Positions 1-8,921 of a DNA stretch of 64,000 nucleotides are shown piece after piece. The DNA is from Acidobacteriota bacterium (GTDB lineage: Bacteria; Acidobacteriota; Blastocatellia; Pyrinomonadales; Pyrinomonadaceae). Below the pieces are notes generated by a model, which was not told the origin of the DNA, did no database searches, and saw nothing but the letters and a program-made list of their open reading frames with translations. The stretch spans positions 5,121-69,120 of the forward strand of contig JBDTZO010000124.1 in assembly GCA_040005135.1 (NCBI GenBank). Reading direction: 5' to 3'. Made by a program: the position numbers and the translations under genes. How positions within the stretch are numbered: position 1 is the first letter of the stretch; each line of letters begins with the position of its first letter.

Positions 1-710
1 TCAGTGTCGATCCAAACTCGCGTGCAGAGGTCCGCGAGAGCGGGAGAGGTCCAAATGTGGTCGATTCTGAGGCCTTGATTTCGCTGAAAGGCACCCGCAC
101 GGTAGTCCCACCAGGAATATTCACGGACGTCGCCGTTCAATTTGCGAAATACGTCGACAAAGCCCCACTGTTTTACGTATTGAATGGCAGCTCGTTCCGG
201 TTTGGAAAAATGAATGTGGCCTTCCCACGCAGGCGGGTCCCAAACATCGAGTGGGTCGGGTGCGACGTTAAAATCCCCACAGAGCAGGACATTCTCGCTA
301 GGAGCGTAATCGTCGTCGAAAAAACGCCGTAGCCGCTGCAGCCAGTCGAGCTTGAATTTGAATTTATCGCTCCACAGTTCAGAGCCGTTCGGGATGTAGG
401 TGTTGACAACTCTGACACCATTCACGGTGGCAGCGATCAGGCGTTTTTGAGAGTCGATGTCGTCGTTAGGAAATCCCTTCACCACGTTGGTCGGTTCGTG
501 TTTCGAAAGGATCGCAACACCGTTATACGATTTTTGCCCGTAAAACTCGGAATAGTATCCGAGGTCAGAGATCGCCTGGTACGGGAACGACTCATCCACG
601 CATTTGGTTTCCTGAAGGCAAATGACATCCGGTTCAGCCGTCTTGCACCAGTCCGCGAGGTGTGTGATGCGAGCTTTTATCGAGTTTACGTTCCAGGTTG
701 CGATCTTCAT
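1..710 (-). CDS. xthA: Exodeoxyribonuclease III (AP endonuclease); its C-terminal end runs off the left edge
   Basis: Absent from the ORF track because it has no in-window stop. My own translation from the ATG at 710..708 gives MKIATWNVNSIKARITHLADWCKTAEPDVICLQETKCVDESFP...LLCGDFNVAPDPLDVWDP...LRIDHIWTSPALADL. These are ExoIII/EEP family signature blocks. Confidence 0.85.
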   Translation of the reverse strand, partial: MKIATWNVNSIKARITHLADWCKTAEPDVICLQETKCVDESFPYQAISDLGYYSEFYGQKSYNGVAILSKHEPTNVVKGFPNDDIDSQKRLIAATVNGVRVVNTYIPNGSELWSDKFKFKLDWLQRLRRFFDDDYAPSENVLLCGDFNVAPDPLDVWDPPAWEGHIHFSKPERAAIQYVKQWGFVDVFRKLNGDVREYSWWDYRAGAFQRNQGLRIDHIWTSPALADLCTRVWIDT

Positions 711-808
711 TTATTACTTTTTAGCATATTCGGGCTGATGGCGCATGGGTGAGGGTTTACGGTCAAATGTTTTACGCGAACGAAATAGAAAGCGAAAAGG
801 TCGCATTC

Positions 809-1936
809 CTACTTTATTTTATGGGCACCGGCACGAGCGTTCCTTTCCCAAAAGACTCCATCCGAAAATCCTTGGATCGTTCGATCATGACCGGCGATCT
901 CCAAACGCTTTTGTGCGAGCAGGCAATATTTTTCGTCGGACTCGATGGCGGTAAAATGTCTGTCGAGCTTCTTTGCAACAACGGCAGTCGTGCCGCTCCC
1001 CGCGAACGGGTCGAGGATGAGAGCGCCGGGGTTGGTGCTAGCAAGGATGATCTTGGCCAGTAGTTTTTCCGGTTTCTGTGTTGGGTGGTCGGTGTTTTCA
1101 GGCATTGACCAAAACGGCACGCTAATGTCGGTCCATAAATTCGACGGATACGTGTCGCGAAAATTACCGCCGTTCTCCGCGGTCCAGTCCTTCGCGATGC
1201 CGTTTTCAGTATATGGAGCAAGCACTTTGCGCCGGACTTTTACATCGTCGATATTAAAAGTGAAATCGTCGGATACCGTAAAAAACCAAATATCTTCGGC
1301 TGAGTTCTTCCAGTTCGACATTGCTCCGCGGCCTTTTTCGCGTTCCCAAGTGATCCGATTACGCACCTTAAAGTATTTGCATCCGATCCGCTGGATAGCT
1401 GAGCTCGAACGCCAGTCAGCACAAATATAGATCGATGCAGAGGGTTTGAGCAGCGGCACACACGCGACGAGCCATGAATCAAGCCATTCTTCGTAGGCGT
1501 TTACAGATAGTTCGTGAAATTTCTCCCTGCCGAATGATTTATTGAGATTGTAAGGCGGATCGGCAAAAAGGAGGTCGAAGGACTGCTTGGGCAATCGGCT
1601 CAGGGTTGTAAAAGCATCGCCGCAGATGATCCGGTCGGCGACGAAATCCCACTCGGGATCGTTCGCGTGATCTACCATGAAGCCCAACAGTGCGGCTTCG
1701 TCGGCTGATACGTCTAGAGTCCGATTGCGTGGTGCTCTAACTTTCCTTGGGCTGAATTCGGGCGACATCGTTCTTGTAACGACAGACTCTAGCACAAAGT
1801 CGGAACGGTCAAAAGAGAGATCGGTTTTGACCGTTCCAAGAGGGTGCCTTGACCCTAAAATCGGGCGCGTGGTACTCTTATATCTTTTGAGAATCGGGTG
1901 ATTTGCGCCCTTATAATATAGTGTTATTGGTTTCAT
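809..1936 (-). CDS. Site-specific DNA methyltransferase, beta class (N4/N6 MTase family, probably m6A)
   Basis: Motif IV LLFADPPYNL lies upstream of motif I ILDPFAGSGTTAVVAKKL, and HPTQKPEKLL is present. The roughly 100 aa N-terminal extension is unassigned. The true start may be internal (for example M57 at 1768), because a promoter-like site for atp lies inside the first codons. Confidence 0.8.
   Translation of the reverse strand: MKPITLYYKGANHPILKRYKSTTRPILGSRHPLGTVKTDLSFDRSDFVLESVVTRTMSPEFSPRKVRAPRNRTLDVSADEAALLGFMVDHANDPEWDFVADRIICGDAFTTLSRLPKQSFDLLFADPPYNLNKSFGREKFHELSVNAYEEWLDSWLVACVPLLKPSASIYICADWRSSSAIQRIGCKYFKVRNRITWEREKGRGAMSNWKNSAEDIWFFTVSDDFTFNIDDVKVRRKVLAPYTENGIAKDWTAENGGNFRDTYPSNLWTDISVPFWSMPENTDHPTQKPEKLLAKIILASTNPGALILDPFAGSGTTAVVAKKLDRHFTAIESDEKYCLLAQKRLEIAGHDRTIQGFSDGVFWERNARAGAHKIK
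1887..1917 (+). promoter_or_regulatory. Sigma70-like promoter candidate for the atp operon
   Basis: TTGAGA (1887-1892), a 19 nt spacer, then a perfect TATAAT (1912-1917), about 25 nt upstream of the atp b' ATG. It lies inside the annotated 5-prime end of the divergent methyltransferase ORF. The long spacer lowers confidence. Confidence 0.3.
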
Positions 1937-1942
1937 AATCTT

Positions 1943-2392
1943 ATGTTCGTGTTGGCATTCGCCGAGTCTATCCAGTTATTTCCGGACGGCACACTATTCA
2001 TCCACGTTGGTTTGATCCTCGTAATGATATGGGTGCTCAACCGTACTCTATTTCGTCCGATCAATCGCATCATTGAGACACGTGAGATGCATAAGGGCGG
2101 TGCCGGAGGTGATGCCGTTGGGATCCTTAGTGAAGCAAGTGAAAAAGAAGCCAGAGTGACCAGTGAGTTGCTTGACGCCCGTAATAAGGGATACGAACTT
2201 GTCGAAAAAATACAGTCGGATGCGGCTGAAGTTAATCACGAGAAATTAGCGCAAGCTAAGCTGGAAACCGCGGCACTTTTTGACGGCCGACGAGCCGAGA
2301 TAGATAGGCAAACGGACGAAACTCGAACCGCCATTGGCGTTGACGCAAATAAGATCGCGGATCAGATTACCGCAAATATATTGAAGGCATAG
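1943..2392 (+). CDS. F0F1 ATP synthase subunit b' (second b-type stalk subunit)
   Basis: Single N-terminal TM helix (LFIHVGLILVMIWVLNRTLFRPINRII) followed by a charged coiled coil. It sits directly upstream of atpF-atpH-atpA-atpG. Confidence 0.7.
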   Translation: MFVLAFAESIQLFPDGTLFIHVGLILVMIWVLNRTLFRPINRIIETREMHKGGAGGDAVGILSEASEKEARVTSELLDARNKGYELVEKIQSDAAEVNHEKLAQAKLETAALFDGRRAEIDRQTDETRTAIGVDANKIADQITANILKA

Positions 2393-2398
2393 TTTGTT

Positions 2399-2971
2399 AT
2401 GTGGGCTTTCGTCAGTACATTATTGATTCTTTTTGAGGGTTCGACGCATGGCGCCGAAAGCGGTTTTCGTGGTTTTTACAATGAGTATTTCAATATTTCC
2501 GGTTTCGAGCTTTGGAAGTTTTTGAACCTTGGCATATTCGTGGCCATAATGTTCTACCTTCTGAGAAAGCCACTTGGCGAAGCATTCAAAGCAAAGCGTG
2601 AGCTCATCCGTGCCGAACTGATCAAAGCCGAAGAAGAGAAGAAGGCTGCTCTGGCTAAACTTGCCATCGTCGAGGGAAAACTGGCTCAACTTGAAACTGA
2701 GAAACAGAACATACTTGTCCGTGCCAAGGCTGAAGGAGAAGCCAGCGTAAAGCGAATGGCCGACGCATCTGAACAGGAAGCCGCAAGACTTCGAAAGCAG
2801 GCGGAATCCGATCTTGCGAGGATAGAAGCTCAAAAGAGCGTGGAGCTTAGGCGCTTTTCCGCCGAGGAGAGCATTCGCATCGCCGAAGAAAAGCTTCGTG
2901 CCCGAATAGATGTCGTGATTGATAGCCGACTCATAAACGCAAATATCCAAGAGATCGGAGGGCTGAACTAA
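2399..2971 (+). CDS. atpF: F0F1 ATP synthase subunit b
   Basis: TM helix (LNLGIFVAIMFYLLRKPL) plus a long Ala/Glu/Lys coiled coil. Its position is immediately before delta. Confidence 0.75.
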   Translation: MWAFVSTLLILFEGSTHGAESGFRGFYNEYFNISGFELWKFLNLGIFVAIMFYLLRKPLGEAFKAKRELIRAELIKAEEEKKAALAKLAIVEGKLAQLETEKQNILVRAKAEGEASVKRMADASEQEAARLRKQAESDLARIEAQKSVELRRFSAEESIRIAEEKLRARIDVVIDSRLINANIQEIGGLN

Positions 2972-2972
2972 A

Positions 2973-3515
2973 ATGAGTGTCGAGACTATCGCGCGCCGCT
3001 ACTCCGCCGCACTCGCTGACATTGTTCTCAGTACGGGCGAGTTCGAAACGGTCAAAGTCGAATTGGCCGGATGGAGCGAAATGTTTGCCAAGAGTCCGGA
3101 TCTGAGAAACGTTTTCGCCAACCCGGCAATTGCTTCTACGAATAAAGTTGATCTGTTGGAAAGCCTGCTTGCGAGATCCAAGCCGACTAAAACCACGGCA
3201 AATTTCTTGCGAATCCTGCTTCGAAACGGTCGTCTTTCGGAGATCGGTCATATTAACGATCGATTTGACTCGGTACTTCAGGAACGCAGCGGAGTTGTAG
3301 CAGCTCAGATCGTGACTGCTCGTGAATTGCCGGACAGCGAGCGTTCCGGGTTTCAGGCGAACCTCGAAAAGATGACAGGCAAGCGTGTAAATATCAGTTT
3401 CGCAATTAATAAAGACATAATCGGTGGCGTCGTGACACAGATCGGTTCGACGGTTTACGACGGTTCCATAAGAACGAAATTAGAGACCCTAAGGGAACAA
3501 CTTATAAACGGATAG
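2973..3515 (+). CDS. atpH: F0F1 ATP synthase subunit delta (OSCP)
   Basis: ARRYSAALADI at the N-terminus, the C-terminal block IIGGVVTQIGSTVYDGSIRTKL, and operon position. Confidence 0.85.
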   Translation: MSVETIARRYSAALADIVLSTGEFETVKVELAGWSEMFAKSPDLRNVFANPAIASTNKVDLLESLLARSKPTKTTANFLRILLRNGRLSEIGHINDRFDSVLQERSGVVAAQIVTARELPDSERSGFQANLEKMTGKRVNISFAINKDIIGGVVTQIGSTVYDGSIRTKLETLREQLING

Positions 3516-3589
3516 TGATCGTGTGCGGGTTCAACGGGCGAGGAATTACTCGCTGTATGTAACTCATCATTAAAAACTCACTTAAAGCT

Positions 3590-5122
3590 ATGGAAGCAAT
3601 TAAAGCTAACGAGATAAACGAGATAATTCGGGCTCAGATCGAGAATTTTGACGCTAGAATGACCGTCAACGAAGTCGGAACGGTCATCAAGGTCGGCGAC
3701 GGTATCGCTGAGATCTACGGCCTTGAAAAGGTCATGGCAGGAGAACTGCTGGAGTTTCCATTTGGAGTTCGCGGGCTCGCACTTAACCTGGAAGAAGATA
3801 AGGTCGGCTGTGTGCTATTTGGTGATTTCCAAAAGATCAAAGAGGGCGACGAGGCTAAACGTACCAAGCGGATCATGAGTGTCCCCGTTGGCGATGCGCT
3901 GATAGGACGTGTAGTCGATGCTCTCGGCAATCCGATCGACGAAGCAGGCGACATCGTGACCGACACGTATCTTCCTATCGAGCAGATCGCTCCCGGTATC
4001 ATCGACCGCCAGCCCGTTAAGGAACCACTTCAAACCGGACTTAAGGCGATCGACTCGATGGTGCCGATCGGTCGGGGACAGCGTGAGCTGATCATTGGCG
4101 ATCGACAGACCGGCAAGACTGCCGTTGCGATCGATACGATCATTAACCAGAAAGGCAAGGATGTCATTTGTATCTACGTCGCTATTGGACAAAAGCAGTC
4201 GACCGTCGCACAGGTGCGGCAGAAGCTTGAAGAATTCGGTGCGATGGATTATACGATCATTGTTTCGGCTACTGCGTCGGATCCCGCAGCCATGCAGTTT
4301 TTGGCGCCGTACGCCGGATGTGCAATGGGCGAGTATTTCCGTGACAACGGTCGCCATGCTCTGACGATCTACGACGATCTTTCTAAGCAAGCTGCCGCGT
4401 ACCGCGAAATTTCATTGCTTCTCCGCCGTCCACCTGGCCGCGAAGCCTATCCCGGCGACGTTTTCTACCTTCACTCGCGTCTGCTGGAGCGCGCGGCTAA
4501 GATGTCCGACAAGCGAGGCGGCGGTTCGTTGACGTCCCTCCCGATCATCGAAACTCAGGCGGGCGACATTTCGGCATACATTCCAACAAACGTGATCTCG
4601 ATCACGGATGGACAGATCTTTCTCGAAAGTGACCTTTTCAACTCGGGAGTTCGTCCGGCCATCAACGTTGGTAACTCGGTGTCCCGGGTAGGCGGTGCGG
4701 CACAGATCAAAGCTATGAAGCAGGTTGCCGGAACCTTGCGCATCGACCTCGCGCAGTATCGGGAACTCGCTGCCTTCGCGCAGTTTGGGTCGGACCTTGA
4801 TAAGTCGACCCAAGCACAACTTGAACGCGGAAAACGGCTCACGGAGATATTGAAACAGCCGCAGTACAAGCCGATGGATGTCGTTGAGCAGGTGCTGATC
4901 ATTTGGGCCGTCACGAATGGACTGGCAGATGATATCGCGGTCGAAGACCTTAAACGGTTTGAAGAGGAATTGACTAGGTTTGCTGAAGAAGCCCATCCGG
5001 GAGTATTGAACACGATGCGCGAAAAGAAATCCATCGACGACGATCTCAAAGCATCGATGAAAGAAGCGATCGAGGATTTCAAGGTGACCCGTTGGGCGAC
5101 GGCGGGAGCCGTCGCAGCGTAG
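3590..5122 (+). CDS. atpA: F0F1 ATP synthase subunit alpha
   Basis: Walker [10 protein letters not shown], plus [35 protein letters not shown]. The full-length protein is 510 aa. Confidence 0.97.
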   Translation: MEAIKANEINEIIRAQIENFDARMTVNEVGTVIKVGDGIAEIYGLEKVMAGELLEFPFGVRGLALNLEEDKVGCVLFGDFQKIKEGDEAKRTKRIMSVPVGDALIGRVVDALGNPIDEAGDIVTDTYLPIEQIAPGIIDRQPVKEPLQTGLKAIDSMVPIGRGQRELIIGDRQTGKTAVAIDTIINQKGKDVICIYVAIGQKQSTVAQVRQKLEEFGAMDYTIIVSATASDPAAMQFLAPYAGCAMGEYFRDNGRHALTIYDDLSKQAAAYREISLLLRRPPGREAYPGDVFYLHSRLLERAAKMSDKRGGGSLTSLPIIETQAGDISAYIPTNVISITDGQIFLESDLFNSGVRPAINVGNSVSRVGGAAQIKAMKQVAGTLRIDLAQYRELAAFAQFGSDLDKSTQAQLERGKRLTEILKQPQYKPMDVVEQVLIIWAVTNGLADDIAVEDLKRFEEELTRFAEEAHPGVLNTMREKKSIDDDLKASMKEAIEDFKVTRWATAGAVAA

Positions 5123-5201
5123 ACATTCGTTCGAGTGTAAGCGGGCAAGCGTTCACGAAGGACGACTTTCGACGTTGGGCCGAGACGGAACATTTTGAAA
5201 T

Positions 5202-6077
5202 ATGGCAAGTCTTCTGGACATGCGCCGACGCATTAAGTCGGTCAAGAATACACAACAGATCACGAAGGCGATGAAAATGGTCGCGGCCGCGAAGCTTAAG
5301 CGCGCACAGGACCGTGTGACGTCTTCGCGTCCTTTTGCGGGTAAGATGTCTGAAGTTTTGGGCGGATTGAGCGCCAGGCTTTCGGATGACTTTTCGCATC
5401 CGCTGCTGGATTCTCGCGGAGACGACAAATATCTGATTGTCCTCGTCAGCGCCGATAAAGGTTTGGCCGGGGCGTTCAACGCTAACGTTATCAAGGCTAC
5501 GCAGTCCTTCCTGAAGGAAAATTCGGCCAAAGCGACTGAAATGGTTGCGATCGGCCGCAAAGGACGTGATTTCTTTAAGCGTCGGGATGTAAAATTTGCG
5601 GACGAATACATTGGCTTGACCGGCTCAGGGCAAGTCAAATTGCAGGACGCTCTCGATATCGCTGCCAAGATCATCAAGACCTTTACCGATGACGAGTCGA
5701 TCGACAAGGTCTTTATCGTCTTTACCGAGTTCAAGACGGTTCTGTCGCAAAAGCCGGTTATTGAGCAGCTCTTACCGATCCCGCGTAACCCCGAAATGGA
5801 AAGCTCCGAGGGCGTCGCGGAATCTGAGTATATTTACGAACAACCGGCGGCGGAGATCTTCGGGAAACTGCTACCCAAGCAGGTGGAGACTCAGATCTAC
5901 AAGGGAATGATCGAGTCGGTCGCTTCCGAACAGGGGTCGCGCATGACCGCGATGGATTCTGCGTCAAAAAATGCGGGCGAGTTGATCGACACGCTCACTC
6001 TCAATATGAACCGGATACGCCAGGCAGCGATCACGAAAGAGATAATTGAGGTAGTCAGCGGAGCCGCGGCAGCATAA
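5202..6077 (+). CDS. atpG: F0F1 ATP synthase subunit gamma
   Basis: MASLLDMRRRIKSVKNTQQITKAMKMVAAAKL at the N-terminus and LNMNRIRQAAITKEIIEVVSGA at the C-terminus. Confidence 0.95.
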   Translation: MASLLDMRRRIKSVKNTQQITKAMKMVAAAKLKRAQDRVTSSRPFAGKMSEVLGGLSARLSDDFSHPLLDSRGDDKYLIVLVSADKGLAGAFNANVIKATQSFLKENSAKATEMVAIGRKGRDFFKRRDVKFADEYIGLTGSGQVKLQDALDIAAKIIKTFTDDESIDKVFIVFTEFKTVLSQKPVIEQLLPIPRNPEMESSEGVAESEYIYEQPAAEIFGKLLPKQVETQIYKGMIESVASEQGSRMTAMDSASKNAGELIDTLTLNMNRIRQAAITKEIIEVVSGAAAA

Positions 6078-6203
6078 GGCAGCTTGAGTTAGATCAATCA
6101 CCAACGGCTATGGACTTTGATATTCGTAATCAGTTAGAACCGCACTGACGCGACTGGCGGCGGATGAAGTTCTCATTCCTCATCTTGACCCTGCCGTAAA
6201 TAC

Positions 6204-6677
6204 GTGAGAAACACTTTGGTTAAAGATCGACGCGCGAGTTTTGTAGCTTACTCGTCGGTTCTTTTATGGATCGGCCTTGTCTTTTTTCTCTCGAGCCCCG
6301 AAGGGGCGTCCACGGAGACCTCCCGGTTCCTCAGGCCTCTTATCGGCTTCTTTTTTCCAAATGCATCGCCTGAGTTGTTTGAGGCCGCCCACTTTGTTGT
6401 GCGCAAAGCGGCCCATTTTACTGAATACGCCATTCTGGCTATCCTTGCATTTCGGGCATGCCGACTTTCAGGTATTGCGTGGCTGAATGGCAACTATTTG
6501 ATCGCTCCGATCGTGCTAGTCGCCGCGGTAGCCGTGCTGGACGAATTCAACCAGAGTTTCGAGCCGTCGCGAACGGGTTCGGCGTGGGACTCGCTGCTCG
6601 ATTGTGCAGGCGGAATTGTCGCTATCTTCGGCTGCCATTTTATCGCAAGCCGGCGGAGCAAAAACCGGCATTTGTGA
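6204..6677 (+). CDS. VanZ family membrane protein
   Basis: Four TM segments and the VanZ-like block AHFVVRKAAHFTEYAILAILAFRA. Confidence 0.65.
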   Translation: MRNTLVKDRRASFVAYSSVLLWIGLVFFLSSPEGASTETSRFLRPLIGFFFPNASPELFEAAHFVVRKAAHFTEYAILAILAFRACRLSGIAWLNGNYLIAPIVLVAAVAVLDEFNQSFEPSRTGSAWDSLLDCAGGIVAIFGCHFIASRRSKNRHL

Positions 6678-6944
6678 CGACACGAGACCCAACAGCTCAT
6701 ACGAGCCTGTTTCATGTGTGCGAAATACATGTGTCGACGTACCGTCTGAAAACGAGAAATAACGATTCAGCCTGGAGGCCCTCGAATTACCGGGATCGTC
6801 TAAAGTTTGTGCTTTACCTTAAATTGCGGCCATTGCTCTATTCGCCTTTACGACGATCGAGCCCTCACATGAGCGACAATCCTTTGATTATCGGAACATT
6901 GTGGCATATATTATCGTTTAGCAACCATAAGGAGATTTGAAAAC

Positions 6945-8108
6945 ATGAGCATTTTTGACAAGGTCAAGCAAGAAGCCCTGAACCAATTTATCGAGGTCAT
7001 CGAGTGGCTTGACGCGACGCAGGACACGATACTCTATCGATTCCCCGTTGCCGGCGAGGAGATCAAGAACGGTGCCCAGTTGATCGTCCGCGAATCTCAG
7101 GCCGCGGTCTTTGTGTTCGAAGGCCAGGTCGCTGACGTATTTTCGCCCGGCCAATATACCATTGACGGAGGCAACACACCTATCCTCTCGAAGCTCGGGG
7201 CTTGGAAATACGGCTTTAATTCTCCATTCAAATCGGAAGTTTATTTTGTTAATACAAAGCAGTTCACGGACATGAAATGGGGGACCTCGAACCCGATCAT
7301 GCTTCGCGATGCGGACTTTGGAATCGTTCGGCTCCGGGCTTTCGGAGCTTACAGTCTCCGCGTTTCGGACCCGGCCGAGTTTATCAGGCAGATTGCCGGG
7401 ACGAACGCTCATTTTCAGACCGAGGACATCGACGGTCAACTGAAGCGCGGTATCGTTACCGAGTTCTCGGACGCCCTTGGCGAGATGAAAATTCCTGCGC
7501 TCGATCTCGCCGCTCAATACAAGGAACTCGGCGAGGCCATACGTGGCAAGATCAACGAAGAGTTCAAAACTTGGGGCATTGAGGTGATGAAGTTCTTTGT
7601 CGAGAACATCAGTCTTCCGCCCGAGGTCGAGGCGGCGATGGACAAGCGTGCTTCTATGGGCGCACTTGGCGATGCACAAAAATATATGCAGTTTCAAGCC
7701 GCGGACGCACTTCGCGATGCTGCCCAAAACGAGGGCGGCGCCGCCGGTCTTGGCGCGGGCCTTGGAGCCGGTTTCGCGGTCGGCGGTCAGATGGCGAATG
7801 TGTTTGGCCAGCAGTCCGGTGCAGGGTCACAGGGCGGCGGACAGCCAGCGGCACAAACGGCCTCGATTCCGTGCCCGACCTGCAGCAAGCCTAACGCAGC
7901 GGGAGTGAAATTCTGCTCCGAATGCGGAGGCAAGATGGAGATCGCCAAGGTGCCCTGCGTGAAATGCGGTGCCGACCTTCGCGAGGGAGCTAAGTTCTGC
8001 TCGGAATGCGGATCATCGCAGGAAAAGGCCAAGTGCGCGAACTGTCAGTACGAGCTGGCACCCGGGGCAAAATTCTGTCCCGAGTGCGGCACAAAAACAG
8101 TCCAGTAG
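6945..8108 (+). CDS. SPFH-domain protein with three C-terminal zinc ribbons (COG4260/YdjI-like)
   Basis: N-terminus FDKVKQEALNQFIEVIEWLD and an SPFH body. The C-terminus has three CxxC-N9/10-CxxCG units (CPTCS..FCSECG, CVKCG..FCSECG, CANCQ..FCPECG). AAGGAG SD lies 9 nt upstream. Confidence 0.8.
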   Translation: MSIFDKVKQEALNQFIEVIEWLDATQDTILYRFPVAGEEIKNGAQLIVRESQAAVFVFEGQVADVFSPGQYTIDGGNTPILSKLGAWKYGFNSPFKSEVYFVNTKQFTDMKWGTSNPIMLRDADFGIVRLRAFGAYSLRVSDPAEFIRQIAGTNAHFQTEDIDGQLKRGIVTEFSDALGEMKIPALDLAAQYKELGEAIRGKINEEFKTWGIEVMKFFVENISLPPEVEAAMDKRASMGALGDAQKYMQFQAADALRDAAQNEGGAAGLGAGLGAGFAVGGQMANVFGQQSGAGSQGGGQPAAQTASIPCPTCSKPNAAGVKFCSECGGKMEIAKVPCVKCGADLREGAKFCSECGSSQEKAKCANCQYELAPGAKFCPECGTKTVQ

Positions 8109-8114
8109 CAGAGC

Positions 8115-8666
8115 CTATTTCGTGACTGGTTCAGCCACTGTTTCTGCTCTGAGAAAGTAGACGAAAACGGGGGTCTTTTCTTCCTTCGTCGGTAGCGCGA
8201 CGATTATGAGTCCTTTTTGCTTTCCGTCTTCGACCTTCTGGTACAGGCACACATCGCCATAAAGCCCTTTTTCTTTGCCGTCGAAACATGATGTTTCCAT
8301 GCCTTCGGGCAGATGCCAACCGCCACTGCTCAGCATTTTTGCGGGCGTATAGAAATTCTTAATGTCCGTTTCGCTTCCCTTATAATTGTAGATTATCCAG
8401 TCGGTGGAGACGGATTGCGAATTCTTGTCCGAATTGAGCACCATGTCGACAAACGTGTGCAAGACGAGTTTGATCGTCATTGGCAAGTCTTCCGTGGGCG
8501 AGTCGTTAAGTCCATCCATTTGAGGCACGTCGCTCCACAACGAACCGGCTCTCTTAGTATTCAGCCCCTTGTCCAGACCCTTTTCCACCAATTTGCCCGC
8601 AAGACTGCAAGATAAGACTGCGATGATCAAAACGCCGAAACCGGCTGCTTTGTATATATAATTCAT
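8115..8666 (-). CDS. Hypothetical exported or lipoprotein
   Basis: N-terminal hydrophobic signal (GFGVLIIAVLSCS) and a GGAGG SD 5 nt upstream of the ATG. I recognised no family. Confidence 0.55.
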   Translation of the reverse strand: MNYIYKAAGFGVLIIAVLSCSLAGKLVEKGLDKGLNTKRAGSLWSDVPQMDGLNDSPTEDLPMTIKLVLHTFVDMVLNSDKNSQSVSTDWIIYNYKGSETDIKNFYTPAKMLSSGGWHLPEGMETSCFDGKEKGLYGDVCLYQKVEDGKQKGLIIVALPTKEEKTPVFVYFLRAETVAEPVTK

Positions 8667-8744
8667 TACTACCTCCGTCCTATAATTTTACTCTTCATCG
8701 AGGTAATATAATATAAAAAGAATATGTTGGAGATACATTGAAAA

Positions 8745-8921
8745 ATGGCAGTCAGCCCCGAACTCATCGAGATACTTCGCTGTCCGAAGTGTAAGTCCAA
8801 GGTCGAGATCGATCACGAACAAACGCGCCTGAAATGCGTTAACACGGAATGCTCGCTCGTTTACCCCATCCGCGACGACATACCAGTCATGCTGATCGAC
8901 GAGGCGACCGTGGAGAAATAA
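8745..8921 (+). CDS. Trm112/YcaR-family small zinc-ribbon protein (58 aa)
   Basis: Below the ORF-track size cutoff. My own translation gives MAVSPELIEILRCPKCKSKVEIDHEQTRLKCVNTECSLVYPIRDDIPVMLIDEATVEK, the classic UPF0434/Trm112 pattern. Its stop overlaps the next gene's start (ATAATG). Confidence 0.8.
   Translation: MAVSPELIEILRCPKCKSKVEIDHEQTRLKCVNTECSLVYPIRDDIPVMLIDEATVEK

Noticed and set aside
1-1936. xth plus the methyltransferase considered as a restriction-modification pair.
   Set aside because: The nuclease is a standard ExoIII/AP endonuclease repair enzyme, not a restriction endonuclease. The two genes share the minus strand but are separated by a 98 bp spacer, so they look like independent transcription units.
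3815-5208. Long antisense ORFs inside atpA (3815..4390, 4412..4996, 4555..5208), with similar ones inside ffh (11155..11751), icd (23409..24293, 23806..24387), the DAACS transporter (41261..41833) and a VWA gene (48143..48769).
   Set aside because: Each lies opposite an unambiguous conserved gene. Each has the Arg/Ser/Pro/Ala-rich, low-complexity composition typical of shadow ORFs in GC-rich DNA. None shows a recognisable motif.
6458-6940. A 160 aa plus-strand ORF spanning the VanZ 3-prime end and the following spacer.
   Set aside because: It is Arg-rich and overlaps VanZ in another frame. It has no motif and no SD. The spacer is more plausibly the promoter/leader of the SPFH gene.
8849-8920. 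Upstream extension of the GT9 ORF, which overlaps the Trm112-like gene.
   Set aside because: It is out of frame with the clearly conserved Trm112-like ORF that occupies the same bases. The in-frame ATG at 8921 gives a normal GT9 N-terminus.
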